Positions 40,483 through 48,327 of a stretch of 64,000 bases of DNA are shown here, piece after piece. Under the pieces are notes generated by a model. The model did not search any database. It saw only the letters and a program-made list of their open reading frames with translations, and was not told the DNA's origin. The first letter of the stretch is position 1, and every line of letters begins with the position of its first letter. The stretch is taken from positions 1,209-65,208 of the IMG/VR virus record IMGVR_UViG_3300025732_000002; one strand, written 5' to 3'. This stretch comes from a virus. Lineage: Duplodnaviria > Caudoviricetes. The position numbers and the translations under genes were made by a program.

Positions 40483-41356
40483 GGTTTTCTTTCGTTGCTA
40501 GGTATTGTTTGTGCTGCTGGCAGAACGGGCTGACCTGGCAGAACTTCTCGCAGCGGGTGCGCTCGCCGGGGCGGTGCTCGATGAAATACCCCTTGGGTGG
40601 CAACGCTGCCTCTGCTGCTTCGCGGGTGACGTGTACGCTCTTGGCTCTGACTCCTCCTTCTTTCTTGACTGCAAATGATTCCGGCTTGGCCCACATGTCT
40701 GCGTCCGTACACTCGGGCAGGTCACCCCCTGTGTCGGCCTCAAAGTAGGCTGTCGCGTGGCGGTGGATCCGCTCGTTGACAAACTCCTCTTGCTCCTCGA
40801 ACGTCCACAGAGGGATGTCGATGGAAACGATAGGGGCTTGAGGGTAGGACTCCTTGGCTGCTGCCTCACGGCCTGACCAGTCACGCACGATGCAGATGAT
40901 CTGCAGGGACTTGACCGGCTTTTGCTTGGCTTTGGCTACCATCCATGCGTAGATGTTCAGCTGCTGGTGCCACTCTTCCTTCTCGTTCTGGGCTGCCCAT
41001 GCGCCGGTGACCTTGTAGTCCTTGATGTGGATACCGCCGTCCTCGTCCACCTCCTGCAGGTCGATGGCGCCGGACAGGTTGTACCCATCATGGGTTAGGT
41101 GGATGCGCTCTTCTACGATGTGGTTCTTGTCCTTGCCGTGCTCGAGGATGCCGTGCACCGCGGAACCGAACAGGGACCAGACCATCTCGCTGGCATCGAC
41201 TTCAATGTCGTCCCAGTGGCGGTGCTTGAGCTGGACAATCTGAGGGCTGTTGAGTAGTTCAGTGGCCGACAGATGGGCTTTGCCTTTGCTGTACGTAGGG
41301 CGCTTGATGACGTTGACGAACGTGGCCGGCAGGTTGTGCTTGTTGGTTAGGATCAT
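40475..41356 (-). CDS. PD-(D/E)XK (Cas4-like) exonuclease
   Basis: GSAVH.ILE; EER; SGAIDL; DYKVT; QLNIY; C-terminal RCEKFC...FC. Confidence 0.8.
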   Translation of the reverse strand: MILTNKHNLPATFVNVIKRPTYSKGKAHLSATELLNSPQIVQLKHRHWDDIEVDASEMVWSLFGSAVHGILEHGKDKNHIVEERIHLTHDGYNLSGAIDLQEVDEDGGIHIKDYKVTGAWAAQNEKEEWHQQLNIYAWMVAKAKQKPVKSLQIICIVRDWSGREAAAKESYPQAPIVSIDIPLWTFEEQEEFVNERIHRHATAYFEADTGGDLPECTDADMWAKPESFAVKKEGGVRAKSVHVTREAAEAALPPKGYFIEHRPGERTRCEKFCQVSPFCQQHKQYLATKENHE

Positions 41357-41667
41357 GACATCTCCTTTGCAACCTTGCGGAAGTACATCCAACCCTTCTT
41401 CCCGAGGATCACGTACTTGGTGCGGATGTTTCCCTTGGCGTGGAACTTGTTGATAAGGCCAATGAATTCGAGGTCATCCATCAGGCGGTGGATCGTTGCC
41501 GGGGAAGCCACTGCGTCCAGCTTCATGGCCTCGGTCACGGTCAGCGGATTGTTCTCGCCTTCCCTGATTCCGATCCGCTCCAGCAGGTGCAGATGGGTAG
41601 CACCCAGACTTGGGTACTTCACATAGAAGTCGTGGCGTGCTTTCATTAGTTTGATCAGTTGTTTCAT
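41353..41667 (-). CDS. Winged-HTH (MarR-like) regulator
   Basis: SPATIHRLMDDLEFIGLI...RTKYVIL.KKG. Confidence 0.7.
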   Translation of the reverse strand: MKQLIKLMKARHDFYVKYPSLGATHLHLLERIGIREGENNPLTVTEAMKLDAVASPATIHRLMDDLEFIGLINKFHAKGNIRTKYVILGKKGWMYFRKVAKEMS

Positions 41668-42761
41668 GCGCTTCTCCTTTCTTCAAAATCAGCCAGCAGT
41701 TTTCCTACTTTGCTGAGATAGACTACCTTTTCAGCTCCTTCCTCGACATCGTTGCCTGGCGCCTCAAAAAACGCAGAGGTCTTGACCTCGAGCCTTGGAG
41801 ATATGACGTTGCAGTGATATCCGTTCCAGTTGAATTCCCTCAGTCCCCTGATGTGCTCCTTGATTGTGGTCTCCTTTCCATTTGTTACCCTGTTGTGCTC
41901 CCTGACGTAGTGGACGATCCGCTTGGTCACCCCGTTTTCTGAAACAACCTTGTCCCGGTTCTTAAAGTAATAGGCTGTGTCCTTGTCGTTGATTCCAAAC
42001 GTCACCCGCTCCCCGTTCTTCTTGACCACTACGTTCCAGCGCAGGTCTCGGTCAACCCACCATTCGTGCATGGCCCGGAACAGGTTTAGGCAGGTGTTCT
42101 CCATATCCTTGACGTTGTGGTCATCGTTCTCCAGATAGGCTGGCGGCGCCCAGCGCTTGTTGCTGTAGTAGGTAGTCTTGCCGTTACCCCTGATCACGTT
42201 ATCTATCTGCCTTAGTTCCTCGCAGGTATGGATCTCTCCGGTCTTTTTATTGACCGTGAGATACATGTGCATCCAAAACAATTCACCATGAAACTCGTAG
42301 GCTGCACCGTAGATGTACGGGGCACCAGGCTTGAAGGCGACGTTCCAAGGCAGACGCTTTTGCTTGATGGCGTACATGATTCTTGGGTAATGTTTGCCTT
42401 CTTCAGCGCTCTCGTTTGGAATAGAGATGCACATGATTGCTGGCAACGGTCTAGTCACGTCGATCAGGATGTCGCTGGTCTTCTTGGTGAACTTAACCTC
42501 CCAAGGGTTGGGCACATGGGCGCCTATCTTTTTCAGGCCAATGATGGAATCCTTTTCCAGCCATGATCCTGCCAAGTTCGGGAGCTTCAAGGAATTGAAC
42601 GTAATCTCCAAGTTGTCTAGCAGTTCGCCAAAGTCTTTGGACTTCTGCTTGTTGTACTTGCGCTTGGGCTTTGGCTCTTGCGGCTTGGCTTCGACAGGCG
42701 GCTGCTTCCTGAAAAACCTGAATAGAAAGTCCTTCAGTTTTTGGAGCATGGCTTTCATCAT
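41664..42761 (-). CDS. Hypothetical protein
   Basis: 365-aa ORF; RIVHYVREH.R...IKEHIRG. Confidence 0.7.
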   Translation of the reverse strand: MMKAMLQKLKDFLFRFFRKQPPVEAKPQEPKPKRKYNKQKSKDFGELLDNLEITFNSLKLPNLAGSWLEKDSIIGLKKIGAHVPNPWEVKFTKKTSDILIDVTRPLPAIMCISIPNESAEEGKHYPRIMYAIKQKRLPWNVAFKPGAPYIYGAAYEFHGELFWMHMYLTVNKKTGEIHTCEELRQIDNVIRGNGKTTYYSNKRWAPPAYLENDDHNVKDMENTCLNLFRAMHEWWVDRDLRWNVVVKKNGERVTFGINDKDTAYYFKNRDKVVSENGVTKRIVHYVREHNRVTNGKETTIKEHIRGLREFNWNGYHCNVISPRLEVKTSAFFEAPGNDVEEGAEKVVYLSKVGKLLADFEERRSA

Positions 42762-42946
42762 GATCTCCAGGGCATACGGCCGGCGGCCTGGTGTTCTAGT
42801 TCATTGACTTTGTTGCGCAGCTTGACGATCTCGTCGTAGAGGTAGTCATACTGCTGGCGCAGGCGACGGTTCTCGTTGCGCTCGTACTCGATGCAGGTGT
42901 GCAGATCGTCCGGGTTGGCGATGCCGCAGTCAGGGCAGCTCTTCAT
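42758..42946 (-). CDS. Small Zn-finger / coiled-coil protein
   Basis: CPDCG......HTC. Confidence 0.55.
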   Translation of the reverse strand: MKSCPDCGIANPDDLHTCIEYERNENRRLRQQYDYLYDEIVKLRNKVNELEHQAAGRMPWRS

Positions 42947-43170
42947 TCCTCTTCTCCTTCAACAATGCTGGTGCGCTTGTACACGGTCATGGATATGTCC
43001 ATGAGCTCATAGAACTCACAGCCCATAGCCTTACCTAGTGTTGTGTACGCAATGCACAGGGCGACGAGGGCAGTCCTTGAACTCTCCTCCTTTTCCTGTA
43101 CTATGTTGACGATGTCTGCAGCCAGATCTCGAGCTCTCTCGAGTTGGACGAACAGCTTCTTTCTATCCAT
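42943..43170 (-). CDS. Hypothetical protein, first gene of leftward operon
   Basis: AAGGAG RBS. Confidence 0.65.
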   Translation of the reverse strand: MDRKKLFVQLERARDLAADIVNIVQEKEESSRTALVALCIAYTTLGKAMGCEFYELMDISMTVYKRTSIVEGEEE

Positions 43171-43247
43171 TGCTTACTCCTTTTTGTTCTGGGGATGAGA
43201 AGCATACCAGATATATTGCATCTGTCAACACCTACCTGTTATATGTT

Positions 43248-43535
43248 ATGAGACGTGCCGCACGCGTGGATGAAAATCAATCGGACATCGTTGCCGCTCT
43301 GAGGGCGATAGGGGCGACGGTGAGGGTAATAAGCCAGGGGGATGGGATACCCGACTTGCTTATAGGGTTTATGGGAAAGACGATTCTGTTGGAGGTGAAG
43401 GATGGGAAGAAGCCGCCGTCTGCGCGCAAGCTGACGCCGGCGGAGCAGAAGTTTTTTGACGAGTGGCGGGGTGGATCGCTGGCGATAGTCAACACTGTTG
43501 ATGAGGCGATTGCTGCGGTTACGGGGATGGGATAA
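43248..43535 (+). CDS. VRR-NUC-like nuclease
   Basis: RVDENQ..IV.ALR..GA; G.PDLL.G; LLEVK; LTP.E..F...W.G. Confidence 0.85.
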   Translation: MRRAARVDENQSDIVAALRAIGATVRVISQGDGIPDLLIGFMGKTILLEVKDGKKPPSARKLTPAEQKFFDEWRGGSLAIVNTVDEAIAAVTGMG

Positions 43536-43816
43536 AGTGGGGGCGCGGTGAGCAGTTGCCGCATTGCTTCTCCTATGAGGGTTAGTGGGGCCTGAGATAT
43601 GGCCCCACCTTTTTAGGACCAACACGCATGGGGCTGAAAGCGGGTTAGCGCCGCGGACTCTCTTCTCAGAGTGTTGTTCAATTGCCCACACTGCTTTATG
43701 TGAGCGGCCCCAGCCGTGTTGGGTGTTAAGCCAGCAGTCGAGGATGCCGACGCAGGTAGTTTTCTGGCTTTCCTGCCTGCCGTAGTTGAAGGCCAAATCG
43801 AGCCCAACTCCCCCAC

Positions 43817-43846
43817 TTGACACGGATTTTCACCCCCAGATACAGT
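43817..43846 (+). promoter_or_regulatory. Sigma70-type promoter
   Basis: TTGACA-N18-TACAGT. Confidence 0.55.
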
Positions 43847-43849
43847 ATG

Positions 43850-44013
43850 GCCGTCGGTGTGGCAACCGGCGATGAAGATAGGTTACAAACCCCGCAGGGT
43901 ACTGTGTGGTCTTGTCGTGTAGTAGGCGAGTCTTTTGGACTTATCTTCAATCGCTTGCTGCTGCTCATGCCAAGAGCCAAGACCACAGAGCATCTTGCGG
44001 GGTTTTTGCTTTT
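43850..44013 (+). ncRNA. Candidate structured leader / antisense-type RNA
   Basis: 28-bp imperfect inverted repeat 43887-43914 / 43978-44005 followed by a T-run; upstream GGCAAC-loop hairpin. Confidence 0.4.
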
Positions 44014-44554
44014 GGCTGCTACAGAGGATCGCAGACCGAAGTTTGCTGCGAATTAAGTGGGACTCAGAACCCAGCCTACGCCCGACTGGACACAGGTAGA
44101 CCGCATTACGCCGCCGTAACTGTGTTGAGAGGCTACGGGGGAACCTTCCCAAGCCGACCCGAAATGAGTGAGGCGAAAGCCTGCGAGGAACCGGGAGAAG
44201 GGGGTGTAGCAAGCACCGTAATCCTCGACTGCAGAACGCTTGCATGTGTCTGCTGGCCCCGTTATGTCCCATCCCGACCGACAGGTTGAATGGCAGGAGG
44301 CAAACCACTAAGGGCAGCAATGCTCTTAGGTGAGTTCTGCCCCTAGCGAACCCTCCCTCCCTCTAGGTTAAATAAATATATTATGAGTAGAGCCGGAAAC
44401 AAAAGTTCTCTGGCAACGTTGCCAACAGGAAACCAAAGAATCCAGCTGTCACTTAGGTGACATTTTTTTGTTGACCAGTGGTGCACATAAGCGTACATTT
44501 CTGCACATGGCAGCAGCAAGACTGTCATTCATCAACCTAAATTGGAGTAAGCAA

Positions 44555-45214
44555 ATGAGCGTGAAAGAAGAGACTGGTGTTATCACCGCCCCCAAGTTTG
44601 GCACCGTGCAGTTCATCATCGAGGGCACTGCCCCGCTGGTGGTGGAGCGGTTCAGCAAGAAGGCGGAGCTGATGGCCAAGATGGCAGAGGGTTCATCTGC
44701 CAAGAACAAGAAAGAGCGTAGTGCACGGGACTATGACAAAGAGGCCGAGGAGGCCCGTTACCGTTCGCCCGAGGGCTGGGAGGGTATGAATGCTGCGGCC
44801 TTCCGCGCGGCCATGATCAGTGCCTGCCGTCTGGTGGGTTTCAAGATGACGCTGGCTAAGCTATCCACCTTTGTTGAGGCTGACGGGTTTGATAAGAACG
44901 ACGGGGTTCCGTTGGTCCAGATCTATGGTGAGAGCCACACGTATACCGCTCACACCCGCAACGCGACCGGCGTGGTGGATGTGCGTTCACGTCCGATGTA
45001 TCGCAAGTGGGCGGCCAAGCTGTCGGTGCGGTATGACATGGACCAGTTCAAGATGACAGATGTATTGAACCTTGTGTCCCGTTGCGGGATGCAGGTAGGG
45101 ATCGGGGCGGGCCGTCCTGACAGCAAGGCTTCGGCTGGCTGTGGGTTTGGTCTGTTCCGTGTGGTGGAGACCGACCGCGAGAAAGAGGTCAAGAAGCAAT
45201 TCAAGATCAATTGA
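44555..45214 (+). CDS. Stand-alone Cas7/RAMP-like RNA-binding protein
   Basis: IEGTAPL strand; AAAFRAAMISA helix; RP.YRKW..L.V.YD; G-rich loop GMQVGIGAGRP......GFGLF.V; GGAG RBS. Confidence 0.75.
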   Translation: MSVKEETGVITAPKFGTVQFIIEGTAPLVVERFSKKAELMAKMAEGSSAKNKKERSARDYDKEAEEARYRSPEGWEGMNAAAFRAAMISACRLVGFKMTLAKLSTFVEADGFDKNDGVPLVQIYGESHTYTAHTRNATGVVDVRSRPMYRKWAAKLSVRYDMDQFKMTDVLNLVSRCGMQVGIGAGRPDSKASAGCGFGLFRVVETDREKEVKKQFKIN

Positions 45215-45221
45215 TTCGCTA

Positions 45222-45666
45222 GGCAGGCATGGCTAGGCGCGGATCGGCGCGGCCAGGATCGTCAGGGCAGGCAGGGCGGGGAACGGCTTGGCTGGGATCG
45301 GCTTGGGCCGGCGCGGTTTGGAATGGCAGGCGAGGCAAGGCACGACGGGGTAAGACCCGGAGAGGCAGGGCAGGCTTGGAGAGGCGGGTATAGGCCAGGC
45401 CGGGAATGGTGTGGTGCGGAATGGCAACGCAGGCTAGGCGAGGCCGGGATAGGAGTGGTATCGCAAGGACTGGCAGGCGAGGAGAGGCTTGGCAAGGACG
45501 AGCAAGGCGTGGTTTGGCAACTCAAGGCAGGCGTGGTGAGTCGAGGTTCGGTCAGCTTTGGATTGGGAAGGCAGGCAAGGTGTGGCGAGGCGAGACCGGG
45601 TACGGCATGGCCGGGTGTGGCAGGCATGGTTAGGCTCGGAGCGGCCGGGATCGGCTAGGCAGGCAA
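45222..45666 (+). repeat. Non-coding GG(Y/A)NN pentamer array of nine GGCA-delimited units (putative guide-RNA array)
   Basis: 80 in-phase pentamers, 70 starting with GG; 4-nt delimiters at 45222, 45266, 45325, 45369, 45428 (CGCA), 45472, 45526, 45570, 45619, 45658. Confidence 0.9.
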
Positions 45667-45686
45667 TTTTTTAACAGGAGAGAAGC

Positions 45687-46145
45687 ATGAGTTTGGAAAT
45701 TGAAAAGACAGTACTGATGGATATTGCCAAGAAAAACGGCGGCATTCTTCAGGTGGATGCGGTGTTGGACGAGGCCAAGGACGAGAACAGTCCTTTGCAC
45801 AGTCACTTTGAGTGGGATGACAGTGCTGCCGCGGAAGCGCACCGCCGCTATCAGGCGCGCGTCCTGATCCAGCGATGCAAGATCACCATCGTGGATTCTG
45901 AACCAACCACCATTCGGGCATTTGTTAGCCTTCAGTCAGACCGAGAAGCTGGCGGCGGCTATCGCATGACGACCAAGGTCATGGACGACGAGGCCCTGCG
46001 GGAGGAGTTCCTGCGGGACATCCGTCTGACCATTGCGCGCTGGAACCAGAAGCTGAACCTGCTGGACTCCATCACCGCGGAGCTGATCTACAAGTTGGAA
46101 GATGCCGTGCAGCCGGCAACGGCACCACTGGAGAAGCGGGCATGA
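45687..46145 (+). CDS. Conserved hypothetical protein, putative accessory factor of the RAMP/array locus
   Basis: AGGAG RBS; SPLHSHFEWDDSAAAEAHRRYQARVLI...RAFVS. Confidence 0.8.
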   Translation: MSLEIEKTVLMDIAKKNGGILQVDAVLDEAKDENSPLHSHFEWDDSAAAEAHRRYQARVLIQRCKITIVDSEPTTIRAFVSLQSDREAGGGYRMTTKVMDDEALREEFLRDIRLTIARWNQKLNLLDSITAELIYKLEDAVQPATAPLEKRA

Positions 46146-46462
46146 AGCGTGCCCTGATCTTGGCGCTCATGGTGGGCTCGGCGCATGCTGAGTTCATGGA
46201 CGGCAACAAGTTACTCTCTGATCTTCAGAGTGGTTATGTTGAGAACAGGATGTACGGCATGGGCTACATCATTGGGATAGCCGACATGGGTCGTGGTTAT
46301 ATCAATTGCATGCCTGAAAACGCAACCGCCGGACAAATTCGAGACATGGTCAAGAACTATCTCGAGAACACGCCGGCTGAGCGGCATCAAACGGGGGACA
46401 TATTGATCAACCGGGTTCTCAAGGCCGTCTGGCCGTGCGCTAGGCGTGGCAATTCAATGTAA
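46142..46462 (+). CDS. Rap1a-like exported immunity-family protein
   Basis: Signal peptide (..AHA/EF); GN.L, GYI.GIAD, C.P....GQ..D.V..YL...P..RH, WPC. Confidence 0.75.
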   Translation: MKRALILALMVGSAHAEFMDGNKLLSDLQSGYVENRMYGMGYIIGIADMGRGYINCMPENATAGQIRDMVKNYLENTPAERHQTGDILINRVLKAVWPCARRGNSM

Positions 46463-46472
46463 GGGGAAACAG

Positions 46473-46832
46473 GTGACAACGATTCAGAAGATGCTCACAG
46501 AGCTTAACTTCCACATGACGCAGGAGAAGATCGGCGCCGAGGTTGGCCTATCTCAGGCAGCCATTTCCCGGCTGATCCATGGCGTTTCCCAAAACACCAC
46601 GTACCAGCAGGGGGCGAAGATCAAGACGCTGTATGACCAGCACTTTCCTGAAGAGGTTCAAGACCGCGTGGAGGCGGCGGCTAAGATCAAGGACTTGAAG
46701 AAGGCTTTGGTCATTGCTCAAGGTAACTTTGAGGAGGCCAAGGCTCACGTCGAGGATCTTCAGAAGCGGCTCAACGGGGTTATGGGGCGGCGCTGCTGGC
46801 TATGCCGGTTCAAGAATTTCTTTAAGGGGTGA
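46473..46832 (+). CDS. Cro/XRE-type HTH protein with coiled coil
   Basis: MTQEKIGAEVGLSQAAISRLIHG. Confidence 0.75.
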   Translation: MTTIQKMLTELNFHMTQEKIGAEVGLSQAAISRLIHGVSQNTTYQQGAKIKTLYDQHFPEEVQDRVEAAAKIKDLKKALVIAQGNFEEAKAHVEDLQKRLNGVMGRRCWLCRFKNFFKG

Positions 46833-47059
46833 TCATGAAGACGGACGAAGACGAAGCATTCGATGATCTCGAGAAGGCGCAGGGCTGGCGCAAGCGGCAG
46901 ATTGCTGAGAAGGTAAACGTTGATATAGATCCATACACGGCCAAGGTCAGGAACGACACAATTGAGGAGGTGGCGCAGGCCATTGAGAAATTCAAAGGCG
47001 CGTTTGGGCAGACCACGGTGGACAGCTTTGCCATCTACATCAGAGGGCTGAAGCGATGA
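46829..47059 (+). CDS. Hypothetical protein
   Basis: Coupled ORF. Confidence 0.6.
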   Translation: MIMKTDEDEAFDDLEKAQGWRKRQIAEKVNVDIDPYTAKVRNDTIEEVAQAIEKFKGAFGQTTVDSFAIYIRGLKR

Positions 47060-47283
47060 CTTTTGACCAGTGGTGGGACACGCTCACTATCAAAGAGCAG
47101 ACCGTGATTGGAAAGAACAATGCCAAGTTTGTGTGGCAGCAGGCATGTGAGACTGTGGCTACCATGATTGAGGATGCTCCGTCTCTGGTGTCGTTTGTAA
47201 AGAATGAGCAAAACGGCTGCTTAATCTGTGGCTTTACCCCAAAGATTGCCAGCGCCTCCATTCGGGCGTTGGCAAAGAGTTAA
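47056..47283 (+). CDS. Hypothetical protein
   Basis: ATGA overlap. Confidence 0.6.
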   Translation: MTFDQWWDTLTIKEQTVIGKNNAKFVWQQACETVATMIEDAPSLVSFVKNEQNGCLICGFTPKIASASIRALAKS

Positions 47284-47316
47284 TAATGCGCAAGACAAAA
47301 ACACAAAGGAGGACAG

Positions 47317-47589
47317 ATGGCAAGGGACATATCGCAGTGGACGGTAAGGCCAAAGGGCGCGGCAAGGCAGCCGTCCAAGAAAGAAATTCGGGAGAAGGCG
47401 GAGCAGGAGTACAGGTACTGGCTGGCAATGTTGCAAGCGCATCAGCACCTGTGGAATGCCAAGTGGGAGTCAGCACCGAACCCGTTCGTGGCGTGGCAAC
47501 AGTACAAGGCGGACCGACCAGTCAGGCAGAAGATTCTGGGCCCGTACCTGAAAGCCAAAGATCTGCACCTGTCAGTAAGGGAGCGATGA
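47317..47589 (+). CDS. Hypothetical protein
   Basis: AGGAGG RBS. Confidence 0.6.
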   Translation: MARDISQWTVRPKGAARQPSKKEIREKAEQEYRYWLAMLQAHQHLWNAKWESAPNPFVAWQQYKADRPVRQKILGPYLKAKDLHLSVRER

Positions 47590-47777
47590 TGGGAGAGCTG
47601 ATTGACTATGCCTACCCCTGCATGATGGCCGAACGGGCCCTGCACGAGGTTCACAAGAGCATGCTGCGTGGCGACTATGAGACTGCTCTCAAGGAGGCAA
47701 ACATTGCCCTCGTCGAGACCAGGATCATGATTAACTCAATCAAAGACATGCGGGAAAACGCTGACAAAAGGCGCTGA
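47586..47777 (+). CDS. Hypothetical protein
   Basis: IDYAYPCMMAE.AL; ATGA overlap. Confidence 0.6.
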   Translation: MMGELIDYAYPCMMAERALHEVHKSMLRGDYETALKEANIALVETRIMINSIKDMRENADKRR

Positions 47778-48153
47778 TCTGTTACACTAAAATGCAGATA
47801 TGTGCACATGAAACCAATGGCAACGTTGCCATTCACCTGCTGAACATGGAGGCAAAATGAATAAAAAAGGTTTACAAATCAATGATACTGTGAGGTGTTA
47901 TCCGCGCACGCTGATGGAAGCGTTTCCGTGCCATGAGCCGTATGCCATTGAGCACTACAAGCGCAAGATAAATCCGTGGCCATGGATTGTGGCGGCCGCA
48001 TGTGGGTGGGCGTTTCTATGCTATCACTTAGTGTGACTGCCGCGGACGAGTGCCGGCACCGGTGGGAGGAGTTCAAGCCCACGATCAAGGGCTGCGTTGC
48101 TTATCGGTGTGACCGATGTAATGAGTTGAGGATAACAATTTTGGAGAAGCGAA

Positions 48154-48327
48154 ATGAAGAAGACCAGAAGCGCGCTGACGGAGGCGCACAAAAAGTTTGA
48201 GGAGATTCTGACCCTGAAGGGGCTGGACTTTTCTTGGGACGGTAAGAAGTACAACACGACCAATATCCAGACCAAGTGGCGTTACTTTGCGCTCGGGTTC
48301 TTGGCCAACAACAAGGGGAAAGCATAA
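48154..48327 (+). CDS. 57-aa hypothetical protein (absent from ORF track)
   Basis: GGAG RBS; TAATG coupling to next gene. Confidence 0.5.
   Translation: MKKTRSALTEAHKKFEEILTLKGLDFSWDGKKYNTTNIQTKWRYFALGFLANNKGKA

Noticed and set aside
40475-41356. Cas4-like nuclease as an adaptation module for the array
   Set aside because: It is in the opposite-strand operon next to Sak and the SSB-like gene, the usual recombination context
43847-44056. Short ORF MAVGVATG... after the promoter
   Set aside because: No RBS and it overlaps the long inverted repeat; RNA structure is the simpler explanation, though a leaderless peptide is not excluded
45233-45658. ORFs overlapping the pentamer array (45323-45658 +, 45406-45633 +, 45262-45627 -, 45233-45427 -)
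   Set aside because: Period is 5 nt, not 3; the low-complexity translations are a by-product of few stops in G-rich DNA
45222-45666. Classical CRISPR array, microsatellite or plain G-quadruplex
   Set aside because: No 23-50-bp repeat with spacers; NN too diverse for slippage; GG runs could form weak G4 but that would not explain the delimiters or the adjacent RAMP gene
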